Source: a virus
Strand: one strand, 5' to 3'
Virus record (IMG/VR): IMGVR_UViG_3300050343_000218
Length of the DNA stretch: 64,000 nucleotides
Each line of letters opens with the position of its first letter. The stretch's first letter is position 1. Below are positions 1 through 7,803 of the stretch, piece after piece. Both the position numbers and the translations under genes were made by a program. A model generated the notes under the pieces. The model was not told the DNA's origin. It was given only the letters and a program-made list of their open reading frames with translations, and made no database searches.

Positions 1-661
1 TCTCGTATTCTTTAATTGCCTCAAGTAGCTTGATAAAGTGAGGTTCTTTAACTGAAGTTTCTACAATTTGACACTCACCATCTTCGCAAGCAACGATGGC
101 AATGAATTTTTCTACTTCAATCTTGTAATGTTCATAGAACATATACCCATAAGCACATAGCTGTGGGAAATAATCCTGAGCGATGTATGGTTTCTTCGGT
201 GACTTAGATGTCTTGAAATCAATCACAGACAACACACCGTCAAACTCTGCAATAAGGTCTACTTGTCCAGCAATTTTTAACTTGTCTGACCAGAGCATCC
301 CCTCAACTAAACGAGGACGATCTATCCTATCTATAACACTTCTGGAAGTGTGAAACATTTGGACGGGCAAAGGAGAGTCCTTATGATCATCCAGGTTTAA
401 TTTGTTTAAGATGTATTGCTCAGCAATACCGTGGAAATTTGTGCCACGTTTAGTAGCACGATTAGTGGTACGGTTGGCAACCTCAGCTCCAACACGATTA
501 CGCCACTTGGCAATTGCTTCTCTCTTCTTCTTACGATTAGAGAGCACAGTAGTAACAGAGGGGTAGTGCCTGTCTCCTACGGAGTACAAGCGCCGCCCCT
601 CTACAAGACCACGTTTTAGTGTAACAGAATCTAGAAGTTCAGAGTGATCAAATTTTTTCAT
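1..661 (-). CDS. PD-(D/E)XK exonuclease (RecB/Cas4-like), runs off window edge
   Basis: Hand-translated from ATG at 661: MKKFDHSELL...YPSVTTVLS...RGTNFH...GQVDLIAEFDGVLSVIDFKTS...QLCAY; open to position 1; overlaps phoH stop. Absent from ORF track because truncated. Confidence 0.85.
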   Translation of the reverse strand, partial: MKKFDHSELLDSVTLKRGLVEGRRLYSVGDRHYPSVTTVLSNRKKKREAIAKWRNRVGAEVANRTTNRATKRGTNFHGIAEQYILNKLNLDDHKDSPLPVQMFHTSRSVIDRIDRPRLVEGMLWSDKLKIAGQVDLIAEFDGVLSVIDFKTSKSPKKPYIAQDYFPQLCAYGYMFYEHYKIEVEKFIAIVACEDGECQIVETSVKEPHFIKLLEAIKEYE

Positions 662-1397
662 TGTAACCTTGGTTGATCTTAGAGACCAGATACGATCTAA
701 CTAGACCAGACCTTACAATATCCTCAATGTTGAATTCAATCTTCGACATCTCGGGCATACCCTCAAGGATCTGCATAAAATCTAGAATACCAGTACGTTC
801 TGCGACCTTTTGGAGGTCAGTTTGGGTAGCGTCACCAGCAAACATAATTTTGCTGTTCTCTCCTACCCTAGTGATTATACTATCAAGCTCGTGAAAATTC
901 AAGTTCTGAAATTCGTCCACGATTACAATAGCATTATCAAGAGTCGTACCCCTAAGAAAAGAAGTAGACCAAAAGCTGATAGTTTCTTGACGTTGTAGGT
1001 CATCATACAATGTCTCAAATTCTTTGTCGGTATACATCGAGAACATATGCTTTACCATATTCTTATATGGAATCTGATAAAGAAAGCTCTTGTCATCGTG
1101 TGTGCCAGGAAGAAATCCAATCTCTCTGGTAGCAACCAAAGAACGAACAAGATAAACTTTTTCGTACGGAGAGTCTTCAGACAAAACTTCTTTCAATGCA
1201 TTATAAACAAGGCAGAATGTTTTACCTGTGCCAGCACATCCATAAGCATAGATGTTCTGACCCTTAGCATACTCTTCCCAAAGTTTTTCTTGGGTCTCTG
1301 TCAGAGGTTCAATGTTTCGCATAAGAGATGAATTGATCGGTTTAGATCTCTTCATCTGCTTAGTAGAAAGGACAGCAGAAGACTTTCTTCTTGGCAT
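648..1397 (-). CDS. phoH: PhoH-family ATPase
   Basis: Walker A GCAGTGKT, RSLV, IGFLPG, RGTTLDNAIVIVDEFQN, GDATQTDL, IVRSGLV. Confidence 0.95.
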   Translation of the reverse strand: MPRRKSSAVLSTKQMKRSKPINSSLMRNIEPLTETQEKLWEEYAKGQNIYAYGCAGTGKTFCLVYNALKEVLSEDSPYEKVYLVRSLVATREIGFLPGTHDDKSFLYQIPYKNMVKHMFSMYTDKEFETLYDDLQRQETISFWSTSFLRGTTLDNAIVIVDEFQNLNFHELDSIITRVGENSKIMFAGDATQTDLQKVAERTGILDFMQILEGMPEMSKIEFNIEDIVRSGLVRSYLVSKINQGYNEKI

Positions 1398-1409
1398 AAT
1401 CTGTGTTGG

Positions 1410-1646
1410 TTATTTGTAGGGTTTGACGTTAGATCCAGGCACTTGAGAAACTTTTTGGAGGACTTCATTCCACCCTCCATCAGTTTTATTTCTCCAGTCT
1501 CCAACCTCTCCCAACCCAGCTACGCCAGCGGACCAGTCCTTATCCCAATCGGGATTGTCCTTTCTCCACTGCTCGTAACTTGAAAGAGAAAGATTTAATT
1601 CCTGCTTTTCACCTGTAGTATTGTGCTTTACTGGATAGATCGGCAT
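1410..1646 (-). CDS. Conserved cyanophage hypothetical protein (MPxY N-terminus, FmdB-like)
   Basis: MPIYPVKHNTTGE...GWNEVLQKVSQVPGS; start moved to ATG at 1646; usual neighbour of phoH. Confidence 0.7.
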   Translation of the reverse strand: MPIYPVKHNTTGEKQELNLSLSSYEQWRKDNPDWDKDWSAGVAGLGEVGDWRNKTDGGWNEVLQKVSQVPGSNVKPYK

Positions 1647-1651
1647 ACTAT

Positions 1652-2284
1652 TTATTTTAAATCGGTGTACTTGTCTTTGTTTTGTGCACTGTATCCCTTT
1701 TCCCAAGGGTTAAGTCTTTGAGATCCCAATTCCAGCTCAATAGAATCATCAGAAGTAGTACCGCGCATACCTCTTTTGTGTTCATACTGTGCTTGTCTCG
1801 CTGACCTATCGGAGCTGACCATTTGTTCAGTGTATTGATCTAGTTCTTCCTCAGTGATGGGTTCACTAGAGTCAACTTTATCAACGTGAAAATCAACTGA
1901 TCCACCTTCTCCTAACATCTTAGGAGCCCCTACTATTCTACCATACTTTTTGATATCTTCATCAAAGTGACTGATTTTATTTGCACGTTTGTCAGTTACC
2001 TTATACTTGGTATAGTTTTCAGTTGGATCTTTAGTGTCATTCCACGAAGCAGGGTCTGCTGGTTTAAATTGACTTCCTCTTTCTTCGGGAGTCCTAGTAT
2101 TCAAATTCATATCAGGATAACTAGGGAATGAATCGTCAGATTTATCCGCAAGGTATCTAAGCTTACCAGGAGCAACACAGAGTTGAGGATTCATTTGAAG
2201 AAAATCTTCCAACCCTTCAAATGAAAGATACAATTCACCTACACTTTCTCCAGAACCCTTATCATTAAATTCGTATAGTGGCAT
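1652..2284 (-). CDS. Hypothetical protein with MPxY N-terminal module and acidic extension
   Basis: 210-aa ORF, MPLYEFNDKGSGE; abuts neighbours. Confidence 0.65.
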   Translation of the reverse strand: MPLYEFNDKGSGESVGELYLSFEGLEDFLQMNPQLCVAPGKLRYLADKSDDSFPSYPDMNLNTRTPEERGSQFKPADPASWNDTKDPTENYTKYKVTDKRANKISHFDEDIKKYGRIVGAPKMLGEGGSVDFHVDKVDSSEPITEEELDQYTEQMVSSDRSARQAQYEHKRGMRGTTSDDSIELELGSQRLNPWEKGYSAQNKDKYTDLK

Positions 2285-2934
2285 TAGAATTTCATCACAG
2301 TAATGTATCTAGGAGTGTAAGCTGATGTTACTGGTGGTCGAGCAGAGTGTGGAATCCTGCCATCAAATGATACTACTCTCCCAGGTCTAGGTTGAACTGC
2401 TTTAATAATGTTATCGTCAAGGTCATAAAAAATAGTCTCGCCACCCCAGTCACGATACCATTCATCATTTGTATAGAACATAACAGTTCTATTCTTAGCA
2501 TCGATGTTGTCTATATGTGCTGTAGGTCTATCCATAGTCCTTAGCATATTAGTATAAACGTTTCCCAAAGTTTCGTATGGAGGGAGGTCGCAGACGACTG
2601 CAAGACCATCATAAAGAGCTTGACAAAGTGACTCGTCATCTTCATTACACTCAGGCGCACCTTTATGAATACGAGTCCAATACAATTTCTCTGCTTTAAG
2701 ATTCTGATCGCGAATAGAATTCCTTAGCTGTTGCTTGGTGAACTCTTCTTTATATTGTTCTAGTTCCTCTGGAGTTCTCTCAACACGTAGAAACTTTTTA
2801 CTGTGCTCTAGTGTATCGCTATCATTAGTACGAGCAAGAGTATAAAAGTTTTTAGAAAGGTACTGAAATATTTCTTTAATGGCACGTTGGTCCAGAACGC
2901 CATCATACACTTTAATATCATTTAGGAATTCCAT
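2284..2934 (-). CDS. 2OG-Fe(II) oxygenase (prolyl-hydroxylase-like)
   Basis: HID...WGGET...PRPGRVVSFDGRIPH: HxD...H triad. Confidence 0.85.
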   Translation of the reverse strand: MEFLNDIKVYDGVLDQRAIKEIFQYLSKNFYTLARTNDSDTLEHSKKFLRVERTPEELEQYKEEFTKQQLRNSIRDQNLKAEKLYWTRIHKGAPECNEDDESLCQALYDGLAVVCDLPPYETLGNVYTNMLRTMDRPTAHIDNIDAKNRTVMFYTNDEWYRDWGGETIFYDLDDNIIKAVQPRPGRVVSFDGRIPHSARPPVTSAYTPRYITVMKF

Positions 2935-3563
2935 TCAAGTGCCTCCGCGCAAATAGGAAATTGTTCGATGAAAAGTTTCTTGCAAGACTCAGCTACATCC
3001 ATATGTTCTTTCTGCGTACCATTAGCAGTCCTCAGAGTTATATAATGGATCCACGAACGACACGAGCCTGTCATATAGATTTTGGTTGGTACTGCCAAAG
3101 GAAGCACAAAACGTGAACATTCCTTTGCAATCCCTACAGAAAGCATATGCTGATAAAGATCCATAGCAGAATCAAAGTGACGCTCAATAGCAATCTCAAG
3201 TTCCTGCTTAACAAAAGGATCTATATCATCAATACTATTCTGACGATTCTTTGTATCCTGACGACGCAATTCAGGTAGAGGGATTTTATCTGCCAGCATA
3301 GAACTGTCAGCATACCGTTGAGAAAACTCTTGGAATGTGAAACTCCTATGCCTCAGAATTTGAGCTGCGATTCCCCTAGTGGTTTCAATCTCCAGGGTCA
3401 TTGTCGATTGCTCAAAAACAGACCAGTGGTTGTGCTTGATACAATACTTCAATAGACCTGCAACCTTAGGGTTGTCCTGGTTTGCAGGGTTACTCACCCT
3501 CGCTACGTACCCCATCATCTTCTCAGCATCAGGGGTGATAGAAACTAATTGTGCGTTATTCAT
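2922..3563 (-). CDS. thyX: FAD-dependent thymidylate synthase
   Basis: HWSVFE, QILRHRSFTFQEFSQRY, QKEH ThyX motifs. Confidence 0.95.
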   Translation of the reverse strand: MNNAQLVSITPDAEKMMGYVARVSNPANQDNPKVAGLLKYCIKHNHWSVFEQSTMTLEIETTRGIAAQILRHRSFTFQEFSQRYADSSMLADKIPLPELRRQDTKNRQNSIDDIDPFVKQELEIAIERHFDSAMDLYQHMLSVGIAKECSRFVLPLAVPTKIYMTGSCRSWIHYITLRTANGTQKEHMDVAESCKKLFIEQFPICAEALEWNS

Positions 3564-4222
3564 TTAGATAAGCGAAGGCGATAAACTCCAGTGTCGATTA
3601 CACTAGGTACAAAGTTCATTGAGATTGAAACCCTACGGATATCATCCGTAATAATTTCGGTCTCGTGAGTAAGGTTACTACTCCAGAGAAAGAGTATACC
3701 CTCTTTAGGCATCATAGTCAAGGTCTCACTGTTCCATTGGTTTGGTTTCCTAGGATTGGGTGAGAGGTATGGAGAAGTTTTCTCTTTAGAAAAATGGGTA
3801 AAGGTTATCCCAGGAGAGCCTTCAGGAAAGTTTAGATAGAATGTACCAGAGACAAAACAATTAGAATGACTATGCTTATACTGCCAACCATTCTTTCGCT
3901 GAACGTTTACCCAACACTCCGTGATGAAGTGCTCCTCAGTTACGTTCCAATTGTATACGTTCTGAGTAAAATCTGTATATGATTCCGATAGAAACTCTTC
4001 AAACTCTTTGATGAGAGGATGATCTTCATCTAGAAAGCTATTACCAGATGTATTCCAAAAATGCAGGAGGTCATTACTTAAAGGACAACCATCGACTCCG
4101 TGTTCAACGGCTCTCTTCGCCATCAACTCACGGGTAAGATCTTTCAGTTCTGCAAGCTTATCTGCATCCCATTTATAAATTCCCAACGGTGTGGAAAACA
4201 TAGGTACGATCTGTTCTCTCAT
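3560..4222 (-). CDS. Putative 2OG-Fe(II) oxygenase (TIGR02466-like)
   Basis: WVN...HSH..VSGTFY...PKEG.LFLWSSNLTH...RVSISMN. Confidence 0.8.
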   Translation of the reverse strand: MREQIVPMFSTPLGIYKWDADKLAELKDLTRELMAKRAVEHGVDGCPLSNDLLHFWNTSGNSFLDEDHPLIKEFEEFLSESYTDFTQNVYNWNVTEEHFITECWVNVQRKNGWQYKHSHSNCFVSGTFYLNFPEGSPGITFTHFSKEKTSPYLSPNPRKPNQWNSETLTMMPKEGILFLWSSNLTHETEIITDDIRRVSISMNFVPSVIDTGVYRLRLSK

Positions 4223-4920
4223 TACGAATCTCTAATAACACGATAGTGATATGCTCCTGCTGTAAACACAGAAGGAGTAAAGTTCATAGACACAGAAACT
4301 CGTGGTTCGTCACACGTAGTTGTATCCGTGTAGTGAGCAATATTAGATGGCCACAATACCAAATGACCTTCAAGACAATTTACTATGTGAGCAGTTGCAT
4401 TGAATACAGTATCATCAGACTGGTCAAATCCAATGTAAGGACGGTTAGCACTAAGGTTGGTGTGAGTTAAGACCAGGGGAGCAGCTCCTTCAGGCATACT
4501 CACGTAATATGTACCAGATACAAATGAATTTGCGTGAGAGTGGATGACTTGAGATCCACCTTTTTTAGTAATGTTCACCCAACAATCAGTAACGAAAGGA
4601 ACTGGGTTTGCGTTCCATCCACATACACCCATAACATAATCTTTGTAAGCAGACTTCAAGAAGAAATCAAACTCCTTAAACACTTCTACTTCTGGGTTAT
4701 CTTCTAGAAGATGTTCACCAGCGTGCTGATAGAAATGATATAGATTCTTTTTGTAATTATTTTCACCAGCTCTAGGTTTCTTTACCGCAGTCCGAATAGC
4801 ATTCTTAAATTCTTCCTGCAGTCCTTCAGGAAATTTATAATAACCAACTGGCGTAGAGAAGATAGGTTCAATGTGAACTCTATCTACACTACGGTATTCA
4901 ACATCAACATTCATACCCAA
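4222..4920 (-). CDS. Putative 2OG-Fe(II) oxygenase (TIGR02466-like)
   Basis: WVN...HSH..VSGTYY...EGHLVLWPSNIAH...RVSVSMN; paralog of neighbour. Confidence 0.8.
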   Translation of the reverse strand: MGMNVDVEYRSVDRVHIEPIFSTPVGYYKFPEGLQEEFKNAIRTAVKKPRAGENNYKKNLYHFYQHAGEHLLEDNPEVEVFKEFDFFLKSAYKDYVMGVCGWNANPVPFVTDCWVNITKKGGSQVIHSHANSFVSGTYYVSMPEGAAPLVLTHTNLSANRPYIGFDQSDDTVFNATAHIVNCLEGHLVLWPSNIAHYTDTTTCDEPRVSVSMNFTPSVFTAGAYHYRVIRDS

Positions 4921-5090
4921 ATCCTTTCTGTGCTTTTTTTACGAAGTTGTTTTTCTTTTAATTGTTGTTTAGCAACTCCAAGTTGCTTTCTCATATACAT
5001 TATTTCTTCATCAGTATAGAGATGAGGTTTAACGTCAGCTAATTTAATTGCTGCCTTCGCCAAACGAATTTGATCCTTCAGTCTTGTCAT
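4911..5090 (-). CDS. Small basic hypothetical protein
   Basis: MTRLKDQIRLAKAA...LYTDEEIMYM; start reassigned to ATG at 5090. Confidence 0.55.
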   Translation of the reverse strand: MTRLKDQIRLAKAAIKLADVKPHLYTDEEIMYMRKQLGVAKQQLKEKQLRKKSTERIWV

Positions 5091-5289
5091 TGTAGTAAGC
5101 GTTGTAGTAAGAGACGATTCCGCTAGAAATCCTATGTCCTTGGGAAACCCAATCGTGGCAACACTCATAAATTGATTGCGCATTTTGAGGGATTGTAACA
5201 CTACCATATTTGCTCAGCAAAATTAGTAGACATTCTTCTCTCAGTTTTAGTTTCTCTTCGGAGTAACGCCAGTCGTTATCCATTTTCAT
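5044..5289 (-). CDS. Conserved cyanophage hypothetical protein
   Basis: MDNDWRYSEEKLKLREECL...IYECCHDWVSQG. Confidence 0.6.
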   Translation of the reverse strand: MKMDNDWRYSEEKLKLREECLLILLSKYGSVTIPQNAQSIYECCHDWVSQGHRISSGIVSYYNAYYNDKTEGSNSFGEGSN

Positions 5290-5461
5290 CCTCGTTTAAA
5301 GTGTCAAGAACATCCTCATATTGAACTTGAAGATAACTAGGGCTACCATTCTCAGGCAGGCTATAACGTTCGGGATCAGAATAAATTTCAGACTCCAGTG
5401 CACTGACCAGTGACTTAAGATTCTTCAGGATTAGCTTGAGACGTTCCCTGTTAGGTTCCAT
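5276..5461 (-). CDS. Conserved cyanophage hypothetical protein
   Basis: RERLKLILKNLKSLVSALESEIYSD. Confidence 0.6.
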   Translation of the reverse strand: MEPNRERLKLILKNLKSLVSALESEIYSDPERYSLPENGSPSYLQVQYEDVLDTLNEDENG

Positions 5462-5492
5462 AGGACTAGTATGTTTGAGTATATATTAGCAT

Positions 5493-5518
5493 AAAAAAAG
5501 AGGGGTTGCAACCCCTCT
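5493..5518 (-). terminator. Rho-independent terminator
   Basis: Perfect inverted repeat GAGGGGTTGCAACCCCTC followed by T7 on minus strand. Confidence 0.85.
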
Positions 5519-5541
5519 CAATGTAAGTATTGTCCAAGCAA

Positions 5542-5712
5542 TTACTTGGTGTACGTTTTACCACGATAGCAGAAAGTCCCGTGAGACTCTTTGCTTTCTA
5601 CACAACGGGTATCATACTTAACACCACGATATGAGGTGTGGGTAATCTGTGCGTTGTGAAGTGCAGATGCTTTGTTGATCTGCTTCTTGATCAAGTTGAG
5701 TGAATTCAACAT
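5542..5712 (-). CDS. DUF4278-like 'downstream peptide', 56 aa
   Basis: Hand-translated MLNSLNLIKKQINKASALHNAQITHTSYRGVKYDTRCVESKESHGTFCYRGKTYTK; two YRG motifs; SD CAGGAG. Not in ORF track (<60 aa). Confidence 0.75.
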   Translation of the reverse strand: MLNSLNLIKKQINKASALHNAQITHTSYRGVKYDTRCVESKESHGTFCYRGKTYTK

Positions 5713-5747
5713 TTGGTTACTCCTGAAAGTAGAGGGTTTTTAATCCC

Positions 5748-5977
5748 CGTTCCTTCAGTCGTGTGCGTCCCAATACCATTGGCATTCTGGCGATGAGTCC
5801 TTAAGGGTCTCAACCAACTCAACCTTAAGCTGATTGTTAAGGTTGGTATTGTTCTCAATCTTCAGCATAATAGCATCAGTTTGAGTACAAGTGAGTGTTG
5901 TGTAGAATAGTACTTCTAGCATTAGGATGAACGGCTCCGTTCCGCGACTTACTTGCGTCCCCCTAGGGGGATGAACG
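5748..5977 (-). ncRNA. Glutamine-riboswitch-like RNA (glnA / Downstream-peptide class), split around an ORF
   Basis: CGUUCA-P2-CGCAAGUA-AGUCG ... CGACU-GAAG-GAACG plus a second CGUUCA/GGAACG pair; begins a few nt after the -10 of a sigma70 promoter and precedes a DUF4278-like gene. Confidence 0.75.
5755..5922 (-). CDS. 55-aa peptide embedded in the riboswitch-like RNA
   Basis: Hand-translated MLEVLFYTTLTCTQTDAIMLKIENNTNLNNQLKVELVETLKDSSPECQWYWDAHD. Confidence 0.65.
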   Translation of the reverse strand: MLEVLFYTTLTCTQTDAIMLKIENNTNLNNQLKVELVETLKDSSPECQWYWDAHD

Positions 5978-5984
5978 TACAGAC

Positions 5985-6014
5985 ATTATACTATGTCCTA
6001 TATTATTTAGTCAA
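5985..6014 (-). promoter_or_regulatory. Host-type sigma70 promoter
   Basis: TTGACT-18 nt-TATAAT; also contains late-like CTAAATA. Confidence 0.75.
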
Positions 6015-6037
6015 GTGTTTTGGTATGAAGATACGAA

Positions 6038-6475
6038 TTACTTTCTATTGCCCCACTGGACGTTAGGAAACGCATCCCTGACTACGTTCTCGGTGATTCT
6101 GTATTTTGTTTTAAGTTTTTTATCCTTTGCCAAGCAGACAACCTCAGCTTCAGACTCGTGTAACCCCTCCAGGAGACCCACAAACATCGACTCCCGCTTG
6201 AGAGCAGGAAGACTATCACCACCACCCTTCACGAAGTAACGGAGGATCCTATGCTCAGTACTGAGGCGTGTGTGCTCTGTACCCTCAGGCACTTCGTTTG
6301 GTTTGTAAGGAACGTTACCCTCAGGAAGATTTGACTCAATACTGGGATCGTAATTGATGATCAAGATCTTGCGAAGAGCTTCGCTGTTATTCTGTTTTAG
6401 AAGTTTAACCTTTTGTTCCTTGGTCTTAGCATTGCTCACTTTTTGGAGCACTTCAGATACTAATAGTTCAGCCAT
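6038..6475 (-). CDS. Conserved T4-like hypothetical protein
   Basis: LVSEVLQKVSNAKTK...LPEGNVPY...RESMFVGLLEGLHESEAEVV. Confidence 0.75.
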   Translation of the reverse strand: MAELLVSEVLQKVSNAKTKEQKVKLLKQNNSEALRKILIINYDPSIESNLPEGNVPYKPNEVPEGTEHTRLSTEHRILRYFVKGGGDSLPALKRESMFVGLLEGLHESEAEVVCLAKDKKLKTKYRITENVVRDAFPNVQWGNRK

Positions 6476-6496
6476 AGTAAAATAATTTTCTAATAT

Positions 6497-6724
6497 TTAG
6501 TCTTCTTCCTCAGCCCATTCATTATCGAATGTTAGAGAAAATAGTTCGCCAGTATAGGGTCTGCCGTTGGAATCATACATTTCTGGATGGTCATATGGTT
6601 CTTCATCGTTACCGCCATTCATAGCAAAAACAACATCATTACCAACCCATCCAATAATAGTACCTAAGACAAAAAAGATGATGCAAGAAACCGCGCTAAA
6701 GAATAGCACAATGGATACTGACAC
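6497..6724 (-). CDS. Small membrane protein (DUF2973-like)
   Basis: N-terminal TM helix, HPEMYDSNG motif. Confidence 0.55.
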   Translation of the reverse strand: MSVSIVLFFSAVSCIIFFVLGTIIGWVGNDVVFAMNGGNDEEPYDHPEMYDSNGRPYTGELFSLTFDNEWAEEED

Positions 6725-6727
6725 GAG

Positions 6728-6862
6728 TTACTCCTGTGGTTTTTTCTCCCACTCTAGTGACATACTAAAAAAGAATGTTTTGCGGAAGAGTTTAATTGAG
6801 GGATTAAAAGCGAACCCCGTACGCTCTATGGGTTCTTGAGGTTTTTTTGCCCTCCTTAGCAT
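6728..6862 (-). CDS. Small hypothetical protein, 44 aa
   Basis: Hand-translated MLRRAKKPQEPIERTGFAFNPSIKLFRKTFFFSMSLEWEKKPQE; fills the gap downstream of a GATAAATA late-like box. Confidence 0.4.
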   Translation of the reverse strand: MLRRAKKPQEPIERTGFAFNPSIKLFRKTFFFSMSLEWEKKPQE

Positions 6863-6891
6863 CAATTCTATGCCTTTATTTATCGGAGAGG

Positions 6892-7131
6892 TCACACCAA
6901 TCCTCTAGATTGAAACAGCTTTGCAGCGTCTACTAGTCCACCAACATTCTTCCCTTCAAATACTATTTGAGGAAACGACACAGAATCTTTATCGAGGATA
7001 TCTTTGATCTCCTCATCAGTAAAATCTTCATCAAGCTTCATTTCGACATAATCGATATCAGCACGTGTGAATAATTCTTTAGCGAGGGTGCAGTAGTTAC
7101 ACCCATCCATTGTATAGATGACGTTAGGCAT
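6892..7131 (-). CDS. nrdC: Glutaredoxin
   Basis: CNYC active site, SFPQI cis-Pro motif, VGG. Confidence 0.9.
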   Translation of the reverse strand: MPNVIYTMDGCNYCTLAKELFTRADIDYVEMKLDEDFTDEEIKDILDKDSVSFPQIVFEGKNVGGLVDAAKLFQSRGLV

Positions 7132-7154
7132 AGTCAGGTAGGGACTAGAGAAAT

Positions 7155-7205
7155 ATTATACCACAAAAAAAGGGAGGTGTCTGGATTTTGCCAGACTCTC
7201 CCTTT
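7155..7205 (-). terminator. Terminator hairpin fused to extended -10 promoter
   Basis: GGGAG-AGTCTGG/CCAGAC-A-CCTCCC-T7 then GTGGTATAAT. Confidence 0.75.
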
Positions 7206-7225
7206 GCGGCGACGATATACTTTAT

Positions 7226-7435
7226 TTATGAGAAGTGTTTATCCAGGACTTCAATCCTTTCCTCTTCGTGAGCAATGATATCAAGCTGATCTTGGATGGC
7301 AGCAAGTACATCAGGGTGCTCACCAATACCTACAGGATTGCGTAGATAAACTTCGACGTTTGTTTTTGCTTTGGAAATGTTACCTTCTGCTTGAGCACGA
7401 AGTGATTCCAGCATCATAAGGCGTAGATCGGACAT
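7226..7435 (-). CDS. Conserved cyanophage hypothetical protein
   Basis: NVEVYLRNPVGIGEHPDVLAAIQDQL. Confidence 0.7.
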   Translation of the reverse strand: MSDLRLMMLESLRAQAEGNISKAKTNVEVYLRNPVGIGEHPDVLAAIQDQLDIIAHEEERIEVLDKHFS

Positions 7436-7477
7436 AATAATTTAAATTGTTTTTATATTATGAAGCGATTAATCGCT

Positions 7478-7684
7478 TCATTTGTTGTATATATCTTCCA
7501 GTTTTTCTCTGGATAGATCAACGTACATCAACTCTTCACCTGCTTGTGGTGCTTCAGGATGCTTTGGTTTAGGTGCATTCATCTCTACGTTAATAGATTG
7601 AATGTTAGCCCACATCATAGCAAAGGCACCACCAGCAATGAGAGCAAAGCATATGAAGTATAGCGTTACTTCAAAACTATTCAT
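7478..7684 (-). CDS. Small membrane protein (DUF2973-like)
   Basis: TM helix then KHPEAP. Confidence 0.6.
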   Translation of the reverse strand: MNSFEVTLYFICFALIAGGAFAMMWANIQSINVEMNAPKPKHPEAPQAGEELMYVDLSREKLEDIYNK

Positions 7685-7803
7685 TGTGCTCCTTGATACG
7701 AAGGTACCATCATACCACCATCTTGATCATCATCATCGTCAGTTTCCTGAGAGATAACGAATAAGATGACGAGTCCTACCCATAGAAGGTATTCAAAATG
7801 CAT
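7681..7803 (-). CDS. 40-aa membrane micro-protein
   Basis: Hand-translated MHFEYLLWVGLVILFVISQETDDDDDQDGGMMVPSYQGAQ; ATGA overlap with next gene. Confidence 0.5.
   Translation of the reverse strand: MHFEYLLWVGLVILFVISQETDDDDDQDGGMMVPSYQGAQ

Noticed and set aside
1-661. Cas4-like nuclease as sign of CRISPR
   Set aside because: Standard cyanophage exonuclease beside phoH; no repeat-spacer array or cas genes seen
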